Positions 51,648-63,983 of a stretch of DNA of 64,000 bases are shown here, one piece after another. How positions within the stretch are numbered: the stretch's first letter is position 1; every line of letters starts with the position of its first letter. This DNA comes from Eledone cirrhosa. Taxonomy: Eukaryota. The stretch lies in NCBI GenBank assembly GCA_964016885.1, contig OZ024756.1, forward strand, positions 17,608,001-17,672,000, in the 5' to 3' direction. Position numbers and translations under genes: made by a program. Under the pieces are notes generated by a model. The model was not told the DNA's origin, made no database searches, and saw only the letters and a program-made list of their open reading frames with translations.

Positions 51648-51967
51648 ATAATATAAGATCAAAAGATGGTTAAAGGAGTTCCATATATTTTATTATGCGC
51701 ATTTCAAAAACAAACATCATCAAGCAATAATATTTGTGTTTTCATCAGATAAAACAGGAGAACATGATATGAAGGCTAAAAAACACTTGTGGATAGTGCA
51801 GTTTAATATGTTGATTTAAAACTGCACTATCCACAAGTGTTTTTTAGCCTTCATATCATGTTCTCCTGTTTTATCTGATGAAAACACAAATATTATTGCT
51901 TGATGATGTTTGTTTTTGAAATGCGCATAATAAAATATATGGAACTCCTTTAACCATCTTTTGATCT

Positions 51968-51975
<8 letters not shown>
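51648..51975. mobile_element. 328-bp palindrome (157-bp arms, 14-nt spacer), Penelope-like remnant
   Basis: 51648-51804 is the reverse complement of 51819-51975, flanked by (TA)n. Confidence 0.85.
51868..51936 (+). ncRNA. Type I hammerhead ribozyme motif (mirror copy at 51687-51755 on minus)
   Basis: GTTTTAT-CTGATGA-[AAACACAAATATTATTG/TGATGATGTTTGTTTTT]-GAAA-T GCGC A-TA-ATAAAAT, with palindromic stem III ATGCGCAT. Confidence 0.8.
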
Positions 51976-52010
<35 letters not shown>

Positions 52011-52399
52011 TACATTATATTTATGTAATAAATAACATAAGATAATTATTTCATATACCAGTGGTTTTTGAAGACAGATATTTATGTCTGTCTTGATTCA
52101 TCAGAAAAATAATATCATATATACATTATATATATAAATGCATATATATGTGTAAATACATTATGAATACATATAAATAGACATGCATTGTATGTATATA
52201 TGTATATATATATACATATACATATATCTAAATGCATACATATATATCTATACATATATACATTTATACATATATATATATATATATATAATATAAGGGC
52301 GACCGGCTGAAGTTGAAGGAACAGAATAGCGGTCGCCCTCGGGTCCTCGATTTTCAGCCCCATGGATTTTATCTATTACATTCACGTATTATATTTTGA

Positions 52400-52457
52400 A
52401 TACCTGATGATATCACCGGATTCATACGGAACCCGGTCATTGAAATGATCATAGTAT
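52400..52457 (+). ncRNA. Type I hammerhead ribozyme motif
   Basis: ATAC-CTGATGA-..ACCGG.TTC/GAA.CCGGT..-GAAA-T GATC A-TA-GTAT, with palindromic stem III ATGATCAT. Confidence 0.75.
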
Positions 52458-52738
52458 AATAAACCTTTCAAGGATTTACACAAATCCAGCCTCCTGTCAT
52501 TTCATTATAATATTTAACTCCGTAATAGCACCACCAACTACAAAAACAAAGACGGTTGAACTGCCTTACATTGAGTACTCTCTATATTATTGCATTACGA
52601 TTGACCATACGGAATAGACCAGCTCTATCCAGTGGTGAACCTCAAACCTGAATGAATATATATATATATATAATGTATGTATGACTAAATTATAACCATC
52701 AACATAGTCAAGGTATCAAGGTATGTCAAGCATCAACT

Positions 52739-52804
52739 TATTTTATCTGATGAGGACGTACTGTTGAAATAGCTCAGTATCTCTGAAATATGTATAATAA
52801 AATA
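52739..52804 (+). ncRNA. Type I hammerhead ribozyme motif
   Basis: TATTTTAT-CTGATGA-..GTACTG/CAGTAT..-GAAA-T ATGT A-TA-ATAAAATA, with an 8-bp stem I. Confidence 0.75.
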
Positions 52805-53036
52805 TATTTGATCACACGAATGTCTATATTTATTAATATTTTGAAGTAATATATATATATATATATATATATAGTAATAATAATAAATTTGAAGACTAAA
52901 ATCCAAAGAGGGCTCGATAAGGATAAATATATATCAAATATATAAGAACCGTAGAGCAAATATTTATTAAAATAACAGATTAAAGTTTAAGCAAAGAATC
53001 GCTGCTTTCACCCTTAACGGGATCTTCTGAATCTTG

Positions 53037-53087
53037 AGTTTCAGAAGATCCCGTTAAGGGTGAAAGCAGCGATTCTTTGCTTAAACT
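53037..53087 (+). ncRNA. Hammerhead-like motif with CAGAAGA core, inside palindrome 52960-53111
   Basis: AGTTT-CAGAAGA-TCCCGTTAAGGGT-GAAA-GCA..TGC-TT-AAACT, identical to the motif at 38592-38642. Confidence 0.6.
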
Positions 53088-53119
53088 TTAATCTGTTATT
53101 TTAATAAATATATATATAT

Positions 53120-53722
53120 ATAGTTGAAAAAGGGGGTAAAGTTCTATACAAAACAAAGGTTATTTAAAATGTGAAGATTAAAATGCACAGAAATGTATTT
53201 GAAGATTATTTTTTTCTTTAATCCGACAATATGAATAATTTTATAATTGCTGCATAAACTCTTTAGTATTCACATTACACTATATTTACTATTATATTTT
53301 CTTGGTAAAGGCTTTACCTCACATAATTATCTCACACAATATCAAATCTATGAGAATTTAATATTATTTATTTTGAGAACAATACTTTAATATCAGAATG
53401 AGTGGCCCCTTACAGCCGGTTTGAACAGAAAGGGGCAAGAGAATTCTGGCTGGATATGGCCGGTTTAAATGCTGAAGGTTTATATATAACCGGTTTGGAT
53501 TGGTATAACAATCTTATCAAATATAAGATTGGTATAACAATCTTATCTAGTTAAAAAAATTGTTTTTCATGTATTCTGTGAGCAGTTCAAATATATGTTA
53601 TACCAATCGAAACTGGTTATATTTATTGCAACAATTATAAAATTATTAATTCTGTCAGATTATAAAACAAAACATTCTTTAAACATACTTCTGTGCATTT
53701 TCACCTTCACTTTTTAACTATA
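53120..53722. mobile_element. Old long-TIR MITE with a piggyBac-type MITE (~53258-53480, minus) inserted
   Basis: Imperfect inverted ends (AAAATGCACAGAA/TTCTGTGCATTTT, ATAATTTTATAATTG/CAATTATAAAATTAT, ATTGGTATAACA/TGTTATACCAAT). Confidence 0.55.
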
Positions 53723-54117
53723 TATCATCATCATCATCATCTTCGTTTAACCTCCATCTTCCACGCTAGCATGGGTTAGACGGGAGTTGTCCCACTTGAG
53801 GCAAGGTAGGTCGAGTGACCGTGTCTCGCTCGTATAGGACTATCTGGCCGGTTTTCTACGGCTGGATGCCCTTCCTAACACCAACCACATTTACAGTGTG
53901 GAACTGGGAACTTTTTACCGTGTTACCTACACGACCACATTGTAGCGTGGGCTGTGTGTGTGTTTTTGTCATGGCACCTTCTCGATCTCGATCTCATTAT
54001 CTCGTTAATTTGGACTGGATGTTGTGGTACCAACTTTACAGAGAAAGGGTGGTGTTGGTGGGAGTGGGAGGATGGAGTAGGGGCAGTGGATTGGGGTGTA
54101 TATTTGGTAAAGAGGTG

Positions 54118-54148
<31 letters not shown>

Positions 54149-54152
54149 CCAC

Positions 54153-54189
<37 letters not shown>

Positions 54190-54267
54190 GTAAACAGAAA
54201 TAACAACAGAATCAGTACAGTATATGGAAGGAATATATTAGTTTTGCTTGAAATAGCAGGAAGAGTG

Positions 54268-54303
54268 TTTTAACGTTTCAGATGCTAGTCTTTCATCAGA
54301 AGA
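54268..54303 (-). ncRNA. Minimal hammerhead motif (GAAACGTT type)
   Basis: Minus strand TCTT-CTGATGA-AAGACTAGCATCT-GAAACGTT-AAAA. Confidence 0.6.
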
Positions 54304-54364
54304 AAGACTGAGAAATCAGAAAGATTGAAGGGACGAGCAGGGCAGAATTGGGAAACAGTTTTTA

Positions 54365-54779
54365 GAGAAAACAACAGGTCCATTCATGTTGCCATCTCTT
54401 GGAAAACTCTTGATTCTGGCGTTTTGTGTACGATATACTTTTAAAGGGTAAAGACCCACTTAGGTCACCTATGATCTTGGGATTTGCACCTAGAAAGTTC
54501 CCCTCCGAGGCACAAGTCCAGGCAAGTTTGTTTGTGGAAGACCAGCAGTTGCCCATGTATACCAGCCTCCTCTCTCCACACCACCGATGTTGTCTAAGAG
54601 AAAGGCAATGGCCTTTACAGCTTGGCACCAATGACATCGCAACTCATTTCTACAGCTGGAGCAATGTGAAATAAAGTGTCTTGCTCAAGGGCACACCATA
54701 TCACCCGGTCTGAAAATCAACCTCACAAACTCACGATTGCAAACCCAATGCTCTAACCACTAAGCCACACGCCTTCGCT
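54365..54779 (-). mobile_element. tRNA-head/CORE-like SINE with an alternative 3' body
   Basis: Minus strand GGCGTGTGGCTTAGTGGTTAGAGC...CCCTTGAGCAAGACACTTTATTTCAC followed by a different tail. Confidence 0.75.
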
Positions 54780-54946
54780 ATATATATATATATAACAAAG
54801 GAATTGTGGTAAGGAACCACATGGACCATAACGCACCAGAGTACTCAATACTTAGGGTAGTAGAGTAGGAAATAGGAAAAAGTATGACCCCTACGCAGAG
54901 CTCAAGCCATTTCGGGGTCATACTTTTTCGTATATATACTTTTTCC

Positions 54947-54983
<37 letters not shown>

Positions 54984-55227
54984 GAGAGTCAGGGCCCAAC
55001 TTTCTAATATATTTACACTCTATTATCCCAAGTATTGAGTACTTTGCTGAATAATGGTCTTACTAGTTTAAAACTGGAATAATCCTGATCTCTCTTTCTC
55101 TCTCTCTCTCTCTATGTGGTCTCCCTGATCTATCTAGTCTTGGAATGTCACAACCTGTCCAATCCATGCAAACATGGAAGTTCTCTGATCATTATTTTAC
55201 AAAGAAAGCATTATTATTAAATAAAGA

Positions 55228-55810
55228 AAGCACGTCTGGCAATGGACTTGGTGAATACCCACAAAGTTTTTAACCATCTCGCCAATTGCAACCCTGAGCG
55301 CCTCTTTGATCTCCATGTGTCTAACACACGTGGACATGCCTACAAGATCAGAAAACAGCACAGCTCCCATGACTTTCGTAGACATTTTTTTCACGCTCAG
55401 AGTTGCTGAAGCATGGAACAAACTGCCTGCGTCAGTTGTTAGCTGCCGAGACACTGCATCCTTTAAGACACTCATGCTTCCCGAAATACGCCAAAACTAC
55501 ACCTGATGTACCCCTTCCATACACATGCACACGTGTGTGTATCATGACTCGTGCACTGTTCATTTTACTGATGTTTGTGCATTGCGCTATGTACTGTACA
55601 TGTGACTTTTTTGATGAGTTGTGGTGCACCTGGGCACTGTACACAATATTTCATTATTGTTATTATTATTATATCATGACTCATACACTGTTCATTTTCC
55701 TGACATTTGTACATTATTCTATGTACTATACATGCACCTTTGATGAGTTGTAGTGCACCTGAGCACTGTACACAATAATTTCATTATTATTATTATTATT
55801 ATTATTATTT
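55228..55810 (+). mobile_element. CR1-clade LINE 3' end with duplicated 3' UTR and (ATT)n tail
   Basis: NTRGHAYKIRKQHSSHDFRRHF / FFTLRVAEAWNKLPASVVSCRDTASFKTL is the typical CR1 ORF2 C-terminus. Confidence 0.85.
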
Positions 55811-56089
55811 TACAAATATATTTATCTTTTTAAAAGAATTCATATTAGTGGTCCGCAGGATTTAAAATTATGAATTTAGTGGTCCGTGAGTTTGGTGACT
55901 GCTGATTTAGAATATATACTATACCATGATATAGGCTATATACTATAGTATGATATAATTTGTCTATTTTAATATGATCTAGGTTGTATATATTAGTATG
56001 TTTGGACTATATACTTTACTGTATAATGTAGGTTATATACACAAGTATGTGGTTTAGACTATATATACTCCTCCTGTATAATGAAGGCT

Positions 56090-56560
56090 ATATACACTAG
56101 TATATAGATTAGGCTATATACACTATTATGTAGTTTAGGCTATATACATTAGTATGTAGTTTAGGCTATATACATTAGTATGTAGTTTAGGCTATATACA
56201 TTAGTATGTAGTTTAGGCTATATACACTAGTATGTAGTTTAAGCTATATACACTGTAGTTTAGGCTATATACACTAGTATGTAGTTTAGGCTATATACAC
56301 TAGTATGTAGTTTAAGCTATATACACTGCTATGTAGTTTAGGCTATATACACTAGTATGTAGTTTAGGCTATATACACTAGTATGTAGTTTAGGCTATAT
56401 ACACTACTGTGTAGTTTAGGCTATATATACTAGTATGTAGTTTAAGCTATATACACTATGTAGTTTAGGCTATATACACTAGTATGTTGTTTAAGCTATA
56501 TACACTATGTAGTTTAGGCTATATACACTGCTGTGTAGTTTAAGCTATATACATTAGTGT
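56090..56560. repeat. 26-bp minisatellite
   Basis: Unit TAGTATGTAGTTTAGGCTATATACAC. Confidence 0.9.
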
Positions 56561-56730
56561 TGTGTATGTTGTATACTTTAGTATAATTTATTATATAGCG
56601 ATACTTATATACTTAAGATTCATACTTGAGGAATTGGCTACTGGCGTAGTTCTTAGCCATAAAAAGCAGTGTCATTTCTAAATATATAAATACATACACA
56701 GATGTTTATATACATATACACACACACACA

Positions 56731-56771
<41 letters not shown>

Positions 56772-57020
56772 CCATCCCTCAACACTGATATATAGAGATC
56801 TATCGTCAGATAATGTTTGTAACTTTTAAAATATATACCAGTGTATGTCTAACAACAACTATATTATGATATATATATATATATCCACACACACACACAC
56901 ATATTTGTATATATACATATATACATACATTATATATATGTAATGAGGTCAGTCGTGATGGTAAAACGGCAAAAAGTTCCACACTGTAAAGTGGTCATGT
57001 AGGTGTCACGACAAAAAGCA

Positions 57021-57255
57021 CTGATATGTTATCATACGCCATATATCCTCATTGAAGCTGACCACCTAGCCTGTCTCAGTTCGATGACTGACCTACGTGG
57101 TGCAAAGACACATCCTACACGAGGTGGCTCTGATATAGCTATCATACGCCATATATCCTCATTGAAGCTGACCACCTAGCCTGTCTCAGTTCGATGACTG
57201 ACCTACGTGGTGAAGAGCCACATCCTACACGAGGTGGCTCTGATATGGCTATCAT
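57021..57255. repeat. 110-bp tandem duplication
   Basis: CTGATAT..TATCATACGCC...GAGGTGGCT repeats at an exact 110-bp period. Confidence 0.9.
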
Positions 57256-58697
57256 AGGGTAGTCTAGAAGAACAGGTCGGATCTAGAGGAGAAGTAAGCC
57301 TCGATAAAAATCCAGTCTGTCTCATAGTAAACAGTAGTTCATGTGATGACCATCAGTTTAATTAGATGACCTCGGTGTCATAAACACCAGTGACTTCACA
57401 GATGATTGACTATTAATTCAACAATGGGTTGGCACAATTGCTCCAGTTTGTGGAGAAATCTGTAAGTATGCAGGTGTGGTGAGCTGAATATATTCTAGCC
57501 ATTAGTAAAAACAAAATGTATGCTTCATCTTCGTAAGAGGGAAGACTCCAGAAGGCGAAGAAGTCAAAGAAGGCAAAGAAGAAGAAGACAATCTAAAAGA
57601 TAAAACAACATAGAACACATTAATTAACATCAAAGCAAGGATTGACATTAGTTAATTATTATTGCCACAAACAAAAGCCACCCTGCACCTGTTCCCCACT
57701 ATATGAGTTTAAATGAAAGGCAAGTATGGTGTTATGATGTTTATGCCTTTCCAAAGATCATTAACAAATCATAATAAACAAAACGAAACTGTTGTTCCCT
57801 GGAGGGATGCCAGCCCCTTCAACTTACATTCACTTGAAAGCTTACCTCTTAATCTACACCAGAGGTTCTCACCTTTTTTCTCCCATTTATTTAACCCTTT
57901 CATTACCATATTTCTGATTAAATGAACTGTCTGTGATTTTCGATTAATTTTTAAAACAATCAAGAATCGGAAGGATTTAGAAATATAACAAACTTTCTCA
58001 TTATTGAGTTTGTGTCTGGAACATTTCTTAAGAAAAGGTTCTTACACAAAATTATGGTTAAAAGATAAATATAATCACTTTAACCTTTTAGCATTTACAT
58101 TACCCTATAAATACTATTATATTTTCACAAAACTATCTCGCATAATATTGAATCTATGAAATTTTGATATTATTTATTTTGAGAACAGCCAGTTACAGTT
58201 GGTTTGAACAAAAAGAAGTGAGAGAATTCTGGCCAGATACGGCTGGTTCAAATGCTATAGGGTTAACACTCTCATTGCTATATCTCTAACAAAAAGCACT
58301 GCCTATGATTTTCAATTAATTTTAAAATTAACAATTTCGAGGAAATCATTATTAAGCTGGTGTTTCCAACATCTCTTAAAAAAGTTTCTTACATAAAGTT
58401 ACGATGGAGTTTAAGATAAATATAATCACTTTAACACTGTTATTGCTATATCTCTAATAAAAAGCGCTGCCTATGATTTTCAATTAATTTTTAAAATGAC
58501 ATATAATTTGGAAGGAATCGGTAATATAACTTTCTCATTATTGAGTTGGCGTTTCCAACATTTCTTTAAAAAAGCTTCTTACATAAAAGTTAATATCTTT
58601 AAAGTAAAATATGAACAATTTTAAAAGAAATTCTTTTCTTTGATCATAGGAAGCCATGCAAGCATTCAAAGCATGTTAAATGATGATGATGGTGGTA

Positions 58698-58880
58698 ATA
58701 ATTGTTTCTACTTTTGGCACAAGGCCAGCAATTACCCAGTGTATTACTGGTACTTTATTTTATCGACCCCTGTAAGGATGAAAAGCAAAGTTAATCTCGG
58801 TGGGATTTGAACTCAAAATGGAAAGGGCCGTAACTCATTGCGTCAAAGCATGGCGTCCGACCCTCTACCGCTACTGCCGA
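58698..58880 (-). mobile_element. Family B SINE
   Basis: Complete Nin-domain SINE on the minus strand. Confidence 0.85.
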
Positions 58881-59169
58881 TGGTAATGATGATAGTAGTG
58901 ATGATGGTAATGCTGATGGTGCTGGTAATGAAGGTAATGATGATGGGGGTAATGATGATAATGATGATGATGATGATGGTGAACCAGGAGTGGTTTCTGA
59001 TTGGTTGGTATTAAAAAGATTTAATGAATTTTCAACATGTGATTTACAGCTCACACCTATGTAGGGTTAATTGGCCTGCTATAGGCTCCATCTCATGACA
59101 GGTTTCTTAGGTATTTTAACAATAGGGGCCCCAGTCCTATAATATATATATATATATATAAGAAAGAGA

Positions 59170-59244
<75 letters not shown>

Positions 59245-59594
59245 GTTACAGCCCACACCTATGTAGGGCTAACTGGCTTCCTATGAGGTTTCGTCTCATG
59301 ACAGGTTTCTCAGGTGTTTTCACAATAGGGGCCCCAGTCCTTTCATGAAAAGCAATGTGAAATGAAGAGTCTAGCTCAAAGTTTCACCTGCTCCAGGGGT
59401 CAAATCCACACAACCTCACAATCACCAGTTCAACGCCCTAACCACTAGGCCATACACACCTTCACATTATAATCAGAAGTCAAACACTAAAATAAAAACA
59501 AACAAAAAACTATATTAAATATATTGAGAAGAGATGGAAGGGGGGGGGGGGAATAACAACATGTGTTTAGTGAACTTCTCTTGTCAGATTCTCA

Positions 59595-61620
59595 CAACAC
59601 CATAACACCAACAACACCAACAACACCACCAAATATAACAATAACAACACCACCACCAAGAGAAAAACCAACAACACCACAACCACCAACACCACCACCA
59701 ACTCCAACAACACCACCACCACTAACAACACCACCAACACCACCACCAACACCACCAACACCACAACCACCAACACCAACTCCAACAACACCACCACCAC
59801 TAACAACACCACCAACACCACCAAGAGAAAAACCAACAACAACACCACCACCCAACTCCAACAACACCACCACCAACAACACCACCAACACCAACACCAA
59901 CAAGAGAAAAACCAACAACACCACAACCACCAACACCACCAAGACCACCAACACCAACTCCACCAACACCACCACCACCAATACCACCACCACCAAGAGA
60001 AAAACCAACAACACCACAACCACCAACACCACCACCAACTCCAACAACACCACCACCACTAACAACACCACCAACACCAACACCACCACCAAGAGAAAAA
60101 CCAACAACACCACAACCACCAACACCAACAACGCCACCACCTCTAACAACACCACCACCAACACCACAACCACCACCACCAACTCCAACAACACTACCAC
60201 CACTAACAACACCACCACCAACACCACCACCATCAACACCAACAATACCACCACCACCAACAAGACCACCAACACCACCACCAACTCAAACAACACCACC
60301 ACCACTAACAACAACACCAACACCACCAACAAGACCACCAACACCACCACCAACAACACCACCACCAACTCCAACAACACCACCACCACCACCACCAACA
60401 AGACCACCAACACCACCACCACTAACAACACCACCACCAACACCACCACCACCAACAAGACCACCAACACCAACTCCAACAACACCACCACCACTAACAA
60501 CAACACCAACACCACCACCACCAAGACCACCAACAACACCACCACCACTAACAACACCACCACCAACAAGACCACCAACACCACCACCACTAACAACACC
60601 ACCACCAACAACACCACCAACTCCAACAACACCACCACCACCACCAACAAGACCACCAACACCAACAACACCACCACCAACAACACCACCACCACCAACT
60701 CCAACAACACCACCACCACCAACAACACCACCACCAACACCACCGCCAACAAGACCACCACCACCAACACCACCACCAACACCACCACCACTAACACTAC
60801 CACCACCACCACCACTAACAACACCACCAACACCAACACCAACACCACCACCACTAACACCACTACTAACACCACCACCAACAAGACCACCAACACCACC
60901 ACCACCACTAACAACACCACCACCAACAAGACCACCACCACCACCACCACCACCACTAACACCACCACCAACACCCAGTTTAATAAAGCTCTCTTCTGTT
61001 ATGTTGCTTCAAGAAATTTAGGTCAGAGAAATAAACTATTTATGATAAAACCTTCAGCAAGGATTTGTTTCTTCATTATATATAACATCATCAAGCCATG
61101 CACCACACTACACTACACCACACCACCATTGTGCATTACACCACACCACAATACTGCACCACACCACAATCCTGCACAACACAACCACACTACCATTGTG
61201 CATTACACCACACCACAATACTACACCACACCACCATCCTGCACAACACAACACTTCACCACCACACCACCATACTGCACTATACCACACCACCATTGTG
61301 CATTACACCACACCACACCACCATCCTGCACAACACAACACTTCACTACACCACCATTACACCACACCACCATCCTGCACAACACAACACTTCACTACAC
61401 CACCACACTGCACTATACCACACCACCATTGTGCATTACACCACACCACAATACTGCACTACACCACACCACCATCCTGCACAACACAACACTTCACTAC
61501 ACCACCATACTGCACTATACCACACCATCCTGCATTACACACTTCACTACACTACACCACCACACTTCACTAAATATATTGTTTCATTATATATACAACT
61601 TCACCACACCACCAGCCTGC
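59595..61620. repeat. CAA/CAC low-complexity tract (59595-60975) and CACAC/CACTA-type satellite (61100-61620)
   Basis: Almost pure A/C sequence, which cannot form stop codons and so gives the 713-aa ORF. Confidence 0.9.
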
Positions 61621-61679
61621 ACTAAATTTGTTTTCATGATATATATATATATAATGAAAACAAATATAATGAAAACAAG

Positions 61680-61863
61680 GGCGGTGGGTTGGCAGTATCG
61701 GTAGAGGATCGGACACCATGCTTTGGCACATAGAGTTACGGCCCTTGCCATTCTGAGTTAAATCCCGCCAAGGTTAACTTTCTCTTTCATCCTTCTGGGG
61801 TCGATAAAATAAAGTACCAGTAATGTACTGGGTAATTGCTGGCCTTGTGCCAATAGTAGAAAC

Positions 61864-61868
<5 letters not shown>
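61680..61868 (+). mobile_element. Full-length family B SINE
   Basis: GGCGGTGGGTTGGCAGTATCGGTAG head through the AGTAGAAACAATT tail. Confidence 0.85.
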
Positions 61869-61907
<39 letters not shown>

Positions 61908-62027
61908 CTTAATTTGACCATACAACACACCACAAACTTGCATTAAATTTGATGATTCATTATATATAACTTGACGAATCTTTACACCACACCAATCTTG
62001 CACTAAATTTATTGTTTCATTATATAT

Positions 62028-62362
62028 CATCATTTCATTTTACATCCGCTTTTTCCCTGCTTGCAAGGGTGGGACGGGAACTGATTCTGGCTTGATTTCT
62101 ACAGCTGGATGCCCTTCCTAACACCAACCTCATTTACAGTGAGTGCTGGGTGCTTTTTTGCCATGGCACCTGCACGACCACTTTGCAGTGGAGTGATAGG
62201 GACCCCAGTCCCTATCATCTCATTTCTACAGCTGAGTAAACTGGAGCAATGTGAAATAAAGTGTCTTGCTCAAGGAAACAACACATCACCCGGTCTGAGA
62301 ATTGAACTCACAACCTTTTTGATTGCAAGGCCAATGCTCTAACCACTAAGCCATGTGCCTCC
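62028..62362 (-). mobile_element. SINE family A, head-to-head with 62386
   Basis: Complete reverse-complement copy. Confidence 0.9.
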
Positions 62363-62385
62363 ATTATAGAGAGAGAGAGAGAGAG

Positions 62386-62654
62386 AGAGGCACATGGCTT
62401 AGTGGTTAGAGTATTGGCCTTGCAATCGAAAGGTTGTGAGTTCAATTCTCAGACCGGGTGATGTGTTGTTTCCTTGAGCAAGACACTTTTTTTCACATTG
62501 CTCCAGTTTACTCAGCTGTAGAAATGAGATGATAGGGACAGCATCCAGCTGTAGAAATCAAGCCAGAATCAGTTCCCGTCCCACCCTTGCAAGCAGGGAA
62601 AAGTAGAGTCCCACCCTTGCAAGCAGGGAAAAGTAGACGTAAAATGATGATGAT
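62386..62654 (+). mobile_element. SINE family A with an internal deletion and a 3' duplication
   Basis: Head follows (GA)n. Lacks the 47-bp unit region, and GTCCCACCCTTGCAAGCAGGGAAAAGTAGA is duplicated. Confidence 0.85.
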
Positions 62655-62762
62655 ATATATATATGTAACCTAACTTGACCATACAACACACCACCACCAG
62701 CCTGTAACTAAGGAGATACCAATAGATAGCAGTCATTATCAATGCCCCATACTAGAATACAG

Positions 62763-62799
<37 letters not shown>

Positions 62800-62870
62800 T
62801 AGAGAGAGAGAGAGAGAGAGACAGAGAGAGAAAGAGATTGATACAGAGCTAGAGAGAGATGTACAGCAAT

Positions 62871-62910
<40 letters not shown>

Positions 62911-63043
62911 GGGAGATAGTGAGAAAGAGAGAGAGAGAGAGAGAGGAAGGGGGATAGTGAGAGAGAGAGATAGATGTACAGCAATTATATATATATATAT
63001 ATAATTGCTGTACATCTCTCTCTAGCTCTGTATATATATACAT

Positions 63044-63098
<55 letters not shown>

Positions 63099-63251
63099 TA
63101 CAGCAATTATATTATATTTCCTTATGCCACTGAATTACTTTCCTTCTTTTGTTTCAGTTGTTTTTTTTTTTTCAGGGAATTAGGTTGAATCAATAGAAAT
63201 TGATTTATATTACACTCACTAACACATATATATACACACACACACTCATAT

Positions 63252-63292
<41 letters not shown>

Positions 63293-63777
63293 TATATAGA
63301 TGGTTTTCCAAAAATGTATACACACTTCAACAGCATTCAAATAAATTTTGCCTGTACAGGGAGTCAAAGTGTGTATATATTTTGGGGGGACACCCTGTGT
63401 GTTTATATATATATATATAGTTCTGATCTAGCTGTCGAAACAGCTGGAGCTCAGCCGTCGGGGTCCTGACTCTTTTCCTATATATATATATATATATATA
63501 TATTGATGAAAGTTGGTTGATCTTATAATCAGGTGAGCTTTTTATAAACAGCCATAAAGCACTCTACGATTTGTATTCCTTAGGATTTTCTCAGTAAGGT
63601 ATCAATGTAACCACTCTGACATCTTTGAAATATGTATAATAGAATTATGTAATAAAAAGAAAATGTAAGAATAAAACCATCTCTCTTATTCATAATATAT
63701 ATATATATATAAGTAAACAGAAATAACAAAACAAAGGTCACAGTACAATGAAGAAATATATTAGTTTAGGAAAAGAG

Positions 63778-63813
63778 TTTTAATGTTTCGGACACTAGTC
63801 CTTCATCAGAAGA
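63778..63813 (-). ncRNA. Minimal hammerhead motif
   Basis: Minus strand TCTT-CTGATGA-A GGAC TAGT GTCC-GAAACATT-AAAA. Confidence 0.65.
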
Positions 63814-63951
63814 TAGAATGAGAAATAAAAGATAAAATAGAAAGATAGAGAGAAAGAGAAGAGGGAGGGCTGGAAAGAAATATGTATGTATATCATCATA
63901 TATGTGTGCGCACGCACGTGTGTGTATGTGTATATATGTGTGTGTGTGTGC

Positions 63952-63983
<32 letters not shown>

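Noticed and set aside
57021-57255. Possible ribozyme in the 110-bp duplication
   Set aside because: No hammerhead core or convincing HDV-like pseudoknot could be assigned by eye.
59563-61704. 713-aa Thr/Asn/Pro-rich mucin-like ORF
   Set aside because: A/C-only simple sequence cannot form stops. There is no ATG start or domain, and the frame runs across unrelated satellites.
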